Source of the DNA: a bacterium
Lineage (GTDB): Bacteria > Elusimicrobiota > Elusimicrobia > Elusimicrobiales > UBA9959
Reading direction: 5' to 3'
DNA: 64,000 nt
Assembly (NCBI GenBank): GCA_021811405.1
Contig: JAJZOZ010000001.1
Coordinates: 5,103 to 69,102 of the forward strand
Shown here: positions 40,459-51,040 of the stretch, in pieces
Position numbering within the stretch: position 1 is the first letter of the stretch
How the letters are laid out: every line of letters starts with the position of its first letter
Made by a program: the position numbers and the translations under genes
The notes under the pieces: generated by a model
Told to the model about the DNA's origin: nothing
Database searches by the model: none
What the model saw: only the letters and a program-made list of their open reading frames with translations

Positions 40459-41991
40459 ATGGATCAGATCCTTATCCTGGATTTCGGCAGCCAGTACACC
40501 CAGCTCATCGCCCGCAGGCTGCGCAGCCTGCGGGTTTATTGCGAAATACTCCCGTACGGCGCCCCGGTGGAGGACATCCTCTCGCGGTCGCCTAAGGGCA
40601 TCATCCTCTCCGGAGGCCCGTCGAGCGTATACGACAAGGCCGCGCCGAAGCCCGACCCCGCCGTGTTCAACCTCGGCGTGCCGGTGCTGGGCGTCTGCTA
40701 CGGCATGCAGCTGCTCGCGCACGAGTTCGGCGGCAAGGTGGCCAAGGCCGCCAGCCGCGAGTACGGCTTCAGCAAGCTGAAGGTCTTGAAAGGCTCGCGC
40801 CTCTTCAAAGGCATAGGCAAAGAGGTCAATGTCTGGATGAGCCACGGCGACGAGGTGAAGAAAGTCCCTGCCGGCTACCACATGACCGCCAGGGCCGACG
40901 GCTCCGACATCACGGCTATGGAGAACCCGGACCGCGGCCATTACGCGCTGCAGTTCCACCCCGAGGTGCACCATACCGAGAGCGGGACGAAGATGCTGGA
41001 GAACTTCGCGCGCGGAGTCTGCGGCTACAGGGACCGCTGGTCCCCGGCCTCCTTCCTCAAGGACAGCATCGCGGAAATTAAACGCCAGGCCGGCGGCAGC
41101 GCCGTGATCTGCGGCCTCTCCGGCGGGGTGGATTCCTCCGTCGCGGCGGTGCTCGCGCACAAGGCCATCGGCAATAAATTGAAGTGCATCTTCGTGGACA
41201 CCGGCGTGCTGCGCCACGGCGACCGCGAGCGCATGACGGAAGTCTTCAAGAAGAAGTTCGGTTACAGCCTGAAGATAGTGGACGCTTCCGCTCTGTTCCT
41301 CGGGCGGCTGAAGGGAGTGACCTCGCCGGAGAAGAAGCGCAAGATCATCGGCCACACCTTCATCGAGGTCTTCGACCGCGAAGCGAAAAAGGTGAAAGGC
41401 GCGAAGTTCCTGCTGCAGGGCACGCTGTACCCCGACGTGATAGAGTCGGTGTCCGTGAAGGGGCCGTCGGCCGTCATCAAGAGCCACCACAACGTGGGCG
41501 GTCTGCCCGCGAAGATGAAGATGGGCCTGATAGAGCCTCTGCGCTACTTCTTTAAGGACGAGGTCCGCGAGCTCGGCCGCAGCCTGAGGATACCGGAGAG
41601 CGTGCTGATGCTGCACCCGTTCCCGGGGCCCGGCCTCTCGATACGCGTGCTCGGCGAAGTGACGCCCGACAGGCTGAAGATACTGCGCGAAGCGGACCGC
41701 GTGATGCGCGAGGAGATCGGGAAGGCCGGCTGGTACGATAAAATATGGCAGGCCTTCTGCGTGCTGCTCCCGGTGCGGTCCGTCGGCGTGATGGGCGACG
41801 AGCGCTCCTACGAATACACTATAGCGATACGCTGCGTGAGCTCGGTGGACGGCATGACGGCCGACTGGAGCCGCCTGCCGCACGACCTGCTGCAGAAGAT
41901 CTCGTCGCGGATAGTCGGCGAGGTGCGCGGCGTCAACCGCGTGGTCTACGACGTTACCTCGAAACCGCCCGCCACGATAGAGTGGGAGTGA
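40459..41991 (+). CDS. guaA: GMP synthase (glutamine-hydrolysing)
   Basis: ILILDFGSQYTQLIARR. The motifs GVCYGMQ and SGGVDSSV. C-terminal PPATIEWE. Confidence 0.95.
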   Translation: MDQILILDFGSQYTQLIARRLRSLRVYCEILPYGAPVEDILSRSPKGIILSGGPSSVYDKAAPKPDPAVFNLGVPVLGVCYGMQLLAHEFGGKVAKAASREYGFSKLKVLKGSRLFKGIGKEVNVWMSHGDEVKKVPAGYHMTARADGSDITAMENPDRGHYALQFHPEVHHTESGTKMLENFARGVCGYRDRWSPASFLKDSIAEIKRQAGGSAVICGLSGGVDSSVAAVLAHKAIGNKLKCIFVDTGVLRHGDRERMTEVFKKKFGYSLKIVDASALFLGRLKGVTSPEKKRKIIGHTFIEVFDREAKKVKGAKFLLQGTLYPDVIESVSVKGPSAVIKSHHNVGGLPAKMKMGLIEPLRYFFKDEVRELGRSLRIPESVLMLHPFPGPGLSIRVLGEVTPDRLKILREADRVMREEIGKAGWYDKIWQAFCVLLPVRSVGVMGDERSYEYTIAIRCVSSVDGMTADWSRLPHDLLQKISSRIVGEVRGVNRVVYDVTSKPPATIEWE

Positions 41992-42183
41992 CTGTGAATA
42001 TTGATCTTCCCGAGGTCAGCGGACGACACGGGGAGCGGATAAGCAAAACCGTCGCGGAGGCCGAGGCTTGCGTAAGCGACGAGGCCGAGTGGCGAGGCGC
42101 GCGCACGGTGTGCGCGACGCCGTGTTTTGCGTTCCGGTCCCCGGGGCGGACGCGTAAGACAGGATTGTCTAAAGGAGACTGCG

Positions 42184-43644
<1,461 letters not shown>

Positions 43645-43683
43645 GGCGCCGTTGTGCTATAGTATATCCTGTCAGGGGGAACT

Positions 43684-44106
43684 ATGCGCAAGATACTGCT
43701 GGTGGAAGACGATAAGTCGCTCCTGGTGCTGCTGAGGCATTGCCTGGAGACCGAAGGCTACATGGTGGTAGCTGCCGAGACGGGCGGGGCCGCCATGAAC
43801 TGGCTGAAGGAATCGCGTTTCGACCTGGCCCTGCTGGACCTGACGCTGCCCGACATGAACGGGGCCGAGATCTGCGCCTCGATCAAGGAGAGCCCGAGGA
43901 CCAGGTCCACCCCGGTGATAATACTGACCGGCAACACCTCCAACGAGGCGAGGATAAGGACCGGGCTGGAGGCTAACGCCGATCTTTTCCTCAACAAGCC
44001 CATCGACCCGGCCGACCTCAGGAAGGCGGTCAAGACCATAATCGAAGCGGCCGAGCGGAAGAAGCTGCTGCTGCGCCGCTCCATAAAGGACAGGCTGGGG
44101 GAATAA
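43684..44106 (+). CDS. Single-domain response regulator
   Basis: ILLVEDD. The motifs DLALLDLTLPDMNG and KP. Confidence 0.8.
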   Translation: MRKILLVEDDKSLLVLLRHCLETEGYMVVAAETGGAAMNWLKESRFDLALLDLTLPDMNGAEICASIKESPRTRSTPVIILTGNTSNEARIRTGLEANADLFLNKPIDPADLRKAVKTIIEAAERKKLLLRRSIKDRLGE

Positions 44107-44114
44107 CGGCCTGC

Positions 44115-44156
44115 CGCGAAAAAAGGCCGCCGGGTGACCGGCGGCCTTTTTTCGCG
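44115..44156. terminator. Bidirectional Rho-independent terminator between convergent genes
   Basis: Palindrome CGCGAAAAAAGGCCGCCGG-gtga-CCGGCGGCCTTTTTTCGCG. Confidence 0.9.
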
Positions 44157-44166
44157 GAGCTGGAGG

Positions 44167-44949
44167 CTACTTCCCCTTGAAATCCGGCTTGCGCTTCTCG
44201 AGGAAGGCGGCTATGCCCTCCTCGTAGTCGCCGCTGTTGTAGACCTTCCGCCGCAGCGCCTGGATGCGTTCGAACGACTCCGGGCTTATAGGGTGCGCCT
44301 CCGAAAGGATGCGGAACTGCTCCTTTACCACCGAGACCGCCAGCGGCGAGTTGGCAGCTATGGTCTTGGCGAGGTTGAAGGTGAAATCCTCTATCTCGCG
44401 GGAGCTTATCAGGTGGTTCAGGATGCCGAAGTGGTAGGCGCGCTCGGCCTTCACGGGCTCCGCGGTGAAGAACATCTCCTTGGCGATGTTGCTGCCCACG
44501 CGGTTGATGAAGTGCATGATGCCGGAGGCGTTGTACGGCAGGCCCATCTTCACGGGCGTGATGGCGAAGGAGGCCGTCTCGTCCCCGACGGCGAGGTCGC
44601 AGGTGACGGCGAGGTCGGTGGCGCCGCCCCAGACGCTGCCCTGTATCATGGCTATGACCGGGCCGGGGAAGGCCTGGATCGCGCGGAAGGCGGTCTCCAT
44701 CGGGCTGTCGTAGGCCAGCGGGTCGTGGTGCACCTTAGGCAGCTGCGTGATGTCGTGCCCGGCGGACCAGACCCGCGCGCCGGGCTCGGCCCGGAGGATG
44801 ACCACGTTCACCTTCTTCTTCTTGAAATCCTCCAGGGCGTTCGTCAGCTGCTTGCACAGCTCCAGGCTCAGCGCGTTGCGCCTGGCCGGGTTGTTGAGCG
44901 TCATAACGCCTATGCCTTCCTTGATGTCCCTGAGAATCAGCTGGTCCAT
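44167..44949 (-). CDS. Enoyl-CoA hydratase/crotonase-family protein (methylmalonyl-CoA decarboxylase-like)
   Basis: Start at ATG 44949 (RBS GGGAGGAC). GVMTLNNPARRNALS. FSAGHD-like segment (VWSAGHDI). G.VWGGA. C-terminal EGIAAFLEKRKP. The 673-aa track ORF upstream extension is rejected. Confidence 0.85.
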   Translation of the reverse strand: MDQLILRDIKEGIGVMTLNNPARRNALSLELCKQLTNALEDFKKKKVNVVILRAEPGARVWSAGHDITQLPKVHHDPLAYDSPMETAFRAIQAFPGPVIAMIQGSVWGGATDLAVTCDLAVGDETASFAITPVKMGLPYNASGIMHFINRVGSNIAKEMFFTAEPVKAERAYHFGILNHLISSREIEDFTFNLAKTIAANSPLAVSVVKEQFRILSEAHPISPESFERIQALRRKVYNSGDYEEGIAAFLEKRKPDFKGK

Positions 44950-45012
44950 AGTCCTCCCGCCGGCGGCGTCGCAACCGGGGCCGCCGGCCGGGTCTAATTG
45001 TATAATTTTAGG

Positions 45013-46272
45013 ATGAAGATCTCCCTGCTGTTCCTTTCCCTGCTCGCGGCTCCCGCCGCGGTCTCCGCCGGGGCGGCGGACCCGGGGCTGGCGGCCGGGA
45101 AGGCGGCCGCGCTGGTGGCCGAAAGTCCTTCGGGCGCGGAGGAGCTGTTCACGGCCGAGTTCTTCAGGCATATCTCGCTGGACAGGCTGAACGCGCTGTT
45201 CCGCGGCCTGTATGCGGGGCAGGGGCCGGTCAAGTCCGTGGTCCTGTCGAGTTCCGGCCCTTATTCCGGGCATTATTTCTTCGACACGGGACGCGGTTGG
45301 CGCATACCGGCCGCGCTCTCGGTGGACCCGCGGAGCGGCAAAATAGACGGACTTTTCTTCGGCGGTCCGTACAAGCTGGACGCGAAGCTGGCCGACGTCC
45401 GAACGGAGCTGGCCGCCCTGCCCGGGCGCAAAGGCCTGCTGGTCGAGCGCCTGGGGAAAGCACCTGAATCGCTCGAGTCGCTGTGGCCGGGCGAGGAGTT
45501 CGCGGTGGGACCGGCCTTCGAGCTCTACGTGCTGGCCGCGGCGGTCAAGGACGGGCTGCCGTGGGAAAGGGTGGTCAGGCTCAGGGACGTAGACAGATCC
45601 CCGCCCGGCGGCCGCCTGCGGGACTGGCCGGCCGGCTCGCCGCTCACCGCGCACACGCTGGCCGCGATGATGATCTCCGAGAGCGACGGCACCGCCGCAG
45701 ACGCGCTCATCTCCGAGGTGGGCAGGGGGAACATAGAAAGGAGCCTGCCCGCGCTCGGGCATTCGGTCCCGGAGCGGATGCGCCCTTTCCTGAAGACCTC
45801 GGAGATGTTCAGGCTTAAGTCCGATACCGGGTCCGCGCTGAAGTACATGAACCTCTCCCCCGGGGACAAGTACGCCTACCTGCGCTCCATGCCCCCGGCC
45901 CTGCCGGAGGCTGAGCGCCCGGGCCAGTCCCCCTTCGGGATAGACAAGATCGAGTGGTTCGCCTCCCCGGCCGACCTCTGCCGTCTGATGGGCTGGTTCG
46001 CGGAGCGCGGCGGGGATGCCCTGGGCATACTGGCGGTGAACCCGGGCCTGAAGGAGGCCTCCGAAGGCTTCTCCTACGCGGGCTATAAGGGCGGCTCCGG
46101 GCCCGGGGTGCTCTCCGCCACCTGGCTGCTCAGGGACAAGGGCGGGGAGTGGCTTTGCCTTTCCTCCTCCTGGAACGACCCGGCCCATGACCTGGACGAG
46201 GGGAAGTTCTTCGGCCTGATGGGGACGGCCCTGCGGGCGCTGTCCGGCAGGACCGGGCCGGCGGGCCCTTGA
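45013..46272 (+). CDS. Secreted class A beta-lactamase-fold-like protein with apparently degenerate catalytic motif
   Basis: Signal MKISLLFLSLLAAPAAVSA. The SDN-loop-like segment ISESDGTAADALI and the KTG-like segment YKGGSGPG are present. The S-x-x-K position reads GPAFELYVLAAAV. Confidence 0.45.
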   Translation: MKISLLFLSLLAAPAAVSAGAADPGLAAGKAAALVAESPSGAEELFTAEFFRHISLDRLNALFRGLYAGQGPVKSVVLSSSGPYSGHYFFDTGRGWRIPAALSVDPRSGKIDGLFFGGPYKLDAKLADVRTELAALPGRKGLLVERLGKAPESLESLWPGEEFAVGPAFELYVLAAAVKDGLPWERVVRLRDVDRSPPGGRLRDWPAGSPLTAHTLAAMMISESDGTAADALISEVGRGNIERSLPALGHSVPERMRPFLKTSEMFRLKSDTGSALKYMNLSPGDKYAYLRSMPPALPEAERPGQSPFGIDKIEWFASPADLCRLMGWFAERGGDALGILAVNPGLKEASEGFSYAGYKGGSGPGVLSATWLLRDKGGEWLCLSSSWNDPAHDLDEGKFFGLMGTALRALSGRTGPAGP

Positions 46273-46297
46273 CAGTAATCAAGCCTCTTATTACACT
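46269..46297 (+). promoter_or_regulatory. Sigma-70-type promoter
   Basis: TTGACA-N17-TACACT, 39 nt upstream of ATG 46337. Confidence 0.5.
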
Positions 46298-46336
46298 TTA
46301 AATAACGCGCACACGCGGTAACATAAGGATACGGCT

Positions 46337-48193
46337 ATGAACAGACTATTACTTTCAGCGGTCCTGGCGGCGCTCGCGGCGGCCCCCTCGTTCGCCCAGC
46401 TCGCCCCGGCCGACAAGACGCTGATCACGGAATGCACGGACAACGTCGACCCGGCCAAGAAAGGGCTTTCCCCCGAGAGGGCCGACAGCTGCGTGAAGGC
46501 CCTCAACGACGGCCAGCCGCCGCTGATCGCCCGCTATTCCCAGGAGGACCCCGAGGCCGCGGATATCCTCATAGCCCGCAATAACGCGCTGCTCGACCTC
46601 AAGCGCATAGTGGTCAAGCAGGAGTGGTACCACGGCGCCACGGCCCTCTCCCGCGTGATGGAGAAGCCGGACTGCACCCTCTGCGACATGGGCCTGGGCC
46701 CCAAGCCCGAGACGGCCTTCGACTGGATAGGGAAATACGCCTCCGACCGCCTGGAGAAGACCAAGGTCACCGTGCGCACCTGGGACGTGCTGGGCCCGAT
46801 ACGCACCGGTTCGCTCGCCTCTCCCGATTACGGCATGGACAAGGCCTCCTGGAACGAGCAGGGCATGCTCGAGCGCTATTCCGAGCTGTCCAAATGGGCC
46901 CGGAAGGAGACCGACAAGCTGGTCGCCATCTCCGCCGATCCGGCCGCGGCCTCCAAGCTCAAGATAGACGACCTGGTCAAGGTGCTCAGGGAGGACCTGA
47001 TCTTCAGCTCCGACGCCCCGTACAGGGCCAAGCTGGACGCGCTGTCCAAGACCGTAAAGGAGAGCGCCGGCAAGCCGGTGGCCCCCACCACCGCGGACAA
47101 GAAGGGCAAGGACCTTTCCACCGCCAGCGACAGGCTGGCCGCGCTGAGCCCCGACAACCACGGCGAATACCTGGCGCAGACCTTCGACAACGCCGGCGCG
47201 GCGCGCCCCGGCGCCTTCCCGGAGGGGTCGGGCAAGCCCGCGGCAGGCACCGGCGGCGGCGCCGGCGTGAAGCCTATCACCCCGGTCAAGATGACGGCCG
47301 ACCAGGAGAAGGCGCTCGGCGAAGCAATGATCCGCATGGACAAGGACGGCAAGCCCACCGGCTACCTGGTGGACGTGATGAACGAGACCGAGGCCGGCAA
47401 GCGCACCGTGGCCTTCTACGGCGACCCCAAGTACGCCAAGGCCGGCAGCAACAAGCTGAACTTCGGCTTCCAGCGCGAAGAGGGCGTCTTCGGCTTCTGG
47501 TCGCCGGCCAACAAGAATATCGTGGTGAACAGCGAGGTCGCCGAGGAGTTCGCGGCCAAGCGCGGCATGACCGTGGAGCAGCTGATGAAGGATAAGGACG
47601 GGATGCGCGACCTCGCGCTCTACATCTCGCCCACCTTCGTGCACGAGTCAGAGCACCAGAACCAGACCGCCCGCGCGATAGACGCCGGGATAGACTACGT
47701 GAAGTTCTCCAACGGCAACAGCACCGACCCGTACACCCGGGCGAAGGAGAACCTCTCCAACAAGTGGTCCGCCGAGCACATGATCGAGTACTGCTCCAAG
47801 CACGGCGGCGCCGGGTGCTTCCAGAACTTCCACGAGATGCACGCCGACAACGCCGACAAGTTCATGCAGGGCGGCATGGAGGCCCTCGACACGCTGAAGG
47901 CCCCGCTCTACCCGCGCATAGACAGCCTGGAGGGCGGCGCGGCGCGCGAGTTCAAGCAGGCCCAGTCCTACGCCGCCTACCTGAAGACGCTGGAGGACAA
48001 GAACCGCACCAGCCCCGCCTCGATGACGGCGCAGGAGAAGAAGGACATGGCCGACTACCGGGAGCTGATGAACACCCGCTTCAAGTGGTACACGATGATG
48101 TACCGCGAGAGCGTGGATAACGAGGCGGAGGCGCTGGCCTTCAGGAAGAAATACGGCGGCGCGGGGCTCGGGCTCTCCGTGCCGGCGCTGTAA
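46337..48193 (+). CDS. Secreted hypothetical protein with HExxH motif (possible zincin-like metalloprotein)
   Basis: Signal MNRLLLSAVLAALAAAPSFAQ. One HESEH motif (TFVHESEHQNQ). Lys/Asp-rich overall. No family recognised. Confidence 0.55.
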   Translation: MNRLLLSAVLAALAAAPSFAQLAPADKTLITECTDNVDPAKKGLSPERADSCVKALNDGQPPLIARYSQEDPEAADILIARNNALLDLKRIVVKQEWYHGATALSRVMEKPDCTLCDMGLGPKPETAFDWIGKYASDRLEKTKVTVRTWDVLGPIRTGSLASPDYGMDKASWNEQGMLERYSELSKWARKETDKLVAISADPAAASKLKIDDLVKVLREDLIFSSDAPYRAKLDALSKTVKESAGKPVAPTTADKKGKDLSTASDRLAALSPDNHGEYLAQTFDNAGAARPGAFPEGSGKPAAGTGGGAGVKPITPVKMTADQEKALGEAMIRMDKDGKPTGYLVDVMNETEAGKRTVAFYGDPKYAKAGSNKLNFGFQREEGVFGFWSPANKNIVVNSEVAEEFAAKRGMTVEQLMKDKDGMRDLALYISPTFVHESEHQNQTARAIDAGIDYVKFSNGNSTDPYTRAKENLSNKWSAEHMIEYCSKHGGAGCFQNFHEMHADNADKFMQGGMEALDTLKAPLYPRIDSLEGGAAREFKQAQSYAAYLKTLEDKNRTSPASMTAQEKKDMADYRELMNTRFKWYTMMYRESVDNEAEALAFRKKYGGAGLGLSVPAL

Positions 48194-48208
48194 AGGAAGG
48201 AGCGGGCC

Positions 48209-48781
48209 ATGAAAAAACCTCTGCTTTACGTTTCGCTGCTGCTGGCGGCCTGCCCGGCGCTGGCCACCGCCCCCGCTCCGCGGGTCTATACCGAGGGCAA
48301 GTACTTCACCGTACAGGTGCCTGAGGGCTGGGTGAAGAAGGAGGAGGGCCTCGGCCTTTCCGACGCCGACAAGAAGGTGTACGGCTCCGACTTCTTCGGC
48401 CCGTATTCGGGGGAGCTGGGCGTCAGGCTGGGGGTGCATTACTACGCGCCAGGCAACCAGTTGCAGCCCACCGCCGAGAAGTTCATAAAGCTGCATTCCG
48501 CCCCGGCCATAGGGGTCAACCTGGACGGCAAGGTCTACGGCAAGGTCAAGGAGGGCAAGGCCGGCAGCTATTACGCCAGGGTCTTCGAGCGCAAGACCTA
48601 CGAGTACAAGCCGGAGAACGCGCTGCACCCCAAGAAGATACACGTCTACGAGAAGTTCTACGTGGTGCCAGTGAAGAACGGCTTCTACGTGCTGAGCTAC
48701 TACGCCCCGATGGACCTGGCCAAGGCCAACCTGAAGGCGTTCGAGACCGCCGTCTCCTCGTTCAAGCCGCTGACGCGCTGA
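48209..48781 (+). CDS. Secreted hypothetical protein (190 aa)
   Basis: RBS GGAAGGAG. Signal MKKPLLYVSLLLAACPALA. Followed by a strong terminator. Confidence 0.6.
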   Translation: MKKPLLYVSLLLAACPALATAPAPRVYTEGKYFTVQVPEGWVKKEEGLGLSDADKKVYGSDFFGPYSGELGVRLGVHYYAPGNQLQPTAEKFIKLHSAPAIGVNLDGKVYGKVKEGKAGSYYARVFERKTYEYKPENALHPKKIHVYEKFYVVPVKNGFYVLSYYAPMDLAKANLKAFETAVSSFKPLTR

Positions 48782-48801
48782 ACCGGCGCGGAGCGGGAGG
48801 A

Positions 48802-48834
48802 AAGGGCCCCGGGAGACCGGGGCCCTTCTTTTTT
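48802..48834 (+). terminator. Rho-independent terminator
   Basis: Stem GGGCCCCGG, loop gaga, stem CCGGGGCCC, followed by TTCTTTTTT. Confidence 0.85.
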
Positions 48835-48856
48835 CGCAGTGTAGTATAATCCTTGT

Positions 48857-50314
48857 ATGCCGCTGAAGAACGACGCGCCGGAGCAGGGCTCGCTGAAGTC
48901 CCCCCAGGAACCCGCCCTCAGGGCGCTTTACAAAAAGACCTTCGGGCCGGAGCCGGATACCTTCGAGCCGCTGCGGGCCGACGCTTCCGCGCGCAGGCTC
49001 TTCCGCCTCGGCGACGGGAAGAGGACCGCGGTCGGCGTGTTCGGCCCGGACAAGGCCGAGAACCGCGCTTTCCTCTCCTTCTCCGGCCAGTTCCGCGCGG
49101 CGGGCCTGCCGGTGCCGGAGATCTACGCCGAGGACCAGGCCCAGGGCATATACCTGGAGGAGGACCTCGGCTCCACCACGCTCTTCGAGTACCTCAGCGC
49201 CGAGCGCAAGGGGCCGGAGCTGCCGCCGCAGGTCATGGCCGCCTACCTTAAAGTCCTGGACTGGCTGCCGAAGTTCCAGGCGCAGGTGAAGGCCGGCCTG
49301 GACCTGAGGCACTGCTACCCGCGCGCCGCCTTCGACCGGCAGTCGGTGATGTGGGACCTCAATTACTTCAAATATTATTTCCTCAAGCTGGCGAAGATCC
49401 CCTTCAACGAGGACAAGCTGGAGGCGGATTTCTCGCGCTTCGCGGACCTGCTGCTGGAAGCCCCGTCGGACCATTTCCTCTACCGCGACTTCCAGAGCCG
49501 CAACATCATGCTGCGCGACGGCGAGCCGTGGTTCATAGACTACCAGGGCGGGCGCCGGGGCGCGGCGCAGTACGACGTGGCCTCGCTGCTCTACGACGCC
49601 AAGGCCGACCTGCAGCCGGAGGACAGGGCCTCGCTGCGCGAGGCCTACCTGAAGGCCTCCGGGCAGGACGCCGGCGGGTTCATGCGCTACTATTACGCCT
49701 TCGTCTACGCGCGCATCATGCAGGCGATGGGCGCCTACGGCCTGCGCGGCTTCTACGAGCGCAAGACCCATTTCCTCGCCAGCGTGCCGTACGCGGTGCG
49801 CAACATCGAGTGGCTGCTGCGCAACGCCGAGCTGCCGGTGAAGCTGCCGGAGCTGACCGCCTGCTTCAAGCGGATAGCGGCCTCCTCCTACCTGCGCCAG
49901 TTCGGCAAGTCCAGGCTGGGCCTGACGGTGCGCGTGACGAGCTTCTCGTTCAAGAACGGCGTCCCTCTCGACGACCGCGGCCACGGCGGCGGCTTCGTGT
50001 TCGACTGCCGCGCGCTCCCCAACCCGGGCCGCTACGAGCAGTACGCCCAGCTGACCGGCAGGGACAAGCCGGTGGCGGATTTCCTGAAGGGCGAGGCCGA
50101 GGTGGAGCGCTTCCTGCGGGGCGTCTTCGCCATAACCGGCCAGAGCGTGGAGAACTACCTCTCCCGCAACTTCACCTCGCTGTCGGTCTCCTTCGGCTGC
50201 ACCGGCGGCCGGCACCGTTCCGTATACTGCGCCGAGGCCCTGGCCGCGCACCTGCGGAAGAATTACGGCGCGCGCGTGGAGCTGACGCACCGGGAGCTGG
50301 GACCCGCCAGATGA
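48857..50314 (+). CDS. Fusion protein: AmgK-like anomeric sugar kinase (APH-fold phosphotransferase) plus RapZ C-terminal-like domain
   Basis: The N-terminal ~340 aa carry YRDFQSRNIMLRDGEPWFIDYQGGRRGAAQYDVASLL, a typical APH/AmgK catalytic loop. The C-terminal ~130 aa carry FVFDCRALPNPGRY..LTGRDKPVADFL..VSFGCTGGRHRSVYCAE, which matches the RapZ C-terminal signature (D.R.LPNP, GCTGG.HRSV). Confidence 0.7.
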   Translation: MPLKNDAPEQGSLKSPQEPALRALYKKTFGPEPDTFEPLRADASARRLFRLGDGKRTAVGVFGPDKAENRAFLSFSGQFRAAGLPVPEIYAEDQAQGIYLEEDLGSTTLFEYLSAERKGPELPPQVMAAYLKVLDWLPKFQAQVKAGLDLRHCYPRAAFDRQSVMWDLNYFKYYFLKLAKIPFNEDKLEADFSRFADLLLEAPSDHFLYRDFQSRNIMLRDGEPWFIDYQGGRRGAAQYDVASLLYDAKADLQPEDRASLREAYLKASGQDAGGFMRYYYAFVYARIMQAMGAYGLRGFYERKTHFLASVPYAVRNIEWLLRNAELPVKLPELTACFKRIAASSYLRQFGKSRLGLTVRVTSFSFKNGVPLDDRGHGGGFVFDCRALPNPGRYEQYAQLTGRDKPVADFLKGEAEVERFLRGVFAITGQSVENYLSRNFTSLSVSFGCTGGRHRSVYCAEALAAHLRKNYGARVELTHRELGPAR

Positions 50315-51021
50315 AGGCGATGGTCTTCGCAGCCGGCCTGGGCACCAGGCTGCGCCCGCTCACGGATACCGTTCCCAAGGCCCTCGTGGACGTGAACGGC
50401 CGCCCGATGCTCTGGCACGTGCTGGGGAGGCTGGCCGCGGCCGGCGTCACCGAGGCCGTGGTCAACACGCACCATTTCCACGAGAAGATAGCGGAGTTCG
50501 TCGCGGCCGGCGGTACGCGCGGCATCCGGGTGACGCTTTCCCGCGAGGAGGAGTTCCCGCTGGAGACCGGCGGCGGCCTGAAGAAGGCCGCGGCGCTGCT
50601 CTCCGGCGGCGGCCCTCTCCTCGCCTGCAACGCCGACGTCTGGAGCGAGCTGGACCTGAAGGCGCTGCTGGCGGCTCACGCCGCCTCCGGCGCGCTGGCC
50701 ACGCTGGCCGTCCGCGAACGCCCGTCGAAGCGGCGGCTGCTGTTCGACGGGGAGATGAACCTGAAGGGCAGGGAGGGGGAAGCCCCGGGCCCGGGCCTGC
50801 GGCCGCTGGCCTTCAGCGGCATCCAGGCCGTTTCCCCGGAGCTCTTCGGGAAGATGACGGAGGAGGGGGTCTTCTCCATAACCTCCGTCTACCTGCGGCT
50901 GGCCGCCGCCGGGGAGAAGGTCCGCGGCTTCCCGGACGCGTCCCCTTTCTGGAGCGACATCGGCGACCTGGAGCGCCTCGAGGGCGTCCGCCTGCGCGCC
51001 TCGTCTATATCGGCCCGGTAA
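50311..51021 (+). CDS. Sugar-1-phosphate nucleotidyltransferase (MurU-like)
   Basis: MKAMVFAAGLGTRLRPLTDTVPKALV (G-x-G-T-R motif). ATGA overlap with the kinase gene. Confidence 0.75.
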   Translation: MKAMVFAAGLGTRLRPLTDTVPKALVDVNGRPMLWHVLGRLAAAGVTEAVVNTHHFHEKIAEFVAAGGTRGIRVTLSREEEFPLETGGGLKKAAALLSGGGPLLACNADVWSELDLKALLAAHAASGALATLAVRERPSKRRLLFDGEMNLKGREGEAPGPGLRPLAFSGIQAVSPELFGKMTEEGVFSITSVYLRLAAAGEKVRGFPDASPFWSDIGDLERLEGVRLRASSISAR

Positions 51022-51040
51022 AAATATATAATACGCTTGT

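Noticed and set aside
44950-46188. Upstream 412 codons of the 673-aa minus-strand ORF 44167-46188.
   Set aside because: - Only the last 260 codons (from ATG 44949, with RBS) form a crotonase-family protein.
- The extension is antisense to a plus-strand gene that has a signal peptide and good GC3, and it has junk composition.
46270-46283. TTGACAGTAATCAA resembling an FNR/CRP-family site (TTGAT-N4-ATCAA).
   Set aside because: It is a single occurrence. It coincides exactly with a well-spaced -35 box (TTGACA-N17-TACACT) and overlaps the upstream stop codon, so the simpler explanation is a plain promoter. This cannot be distinguished without binding data.
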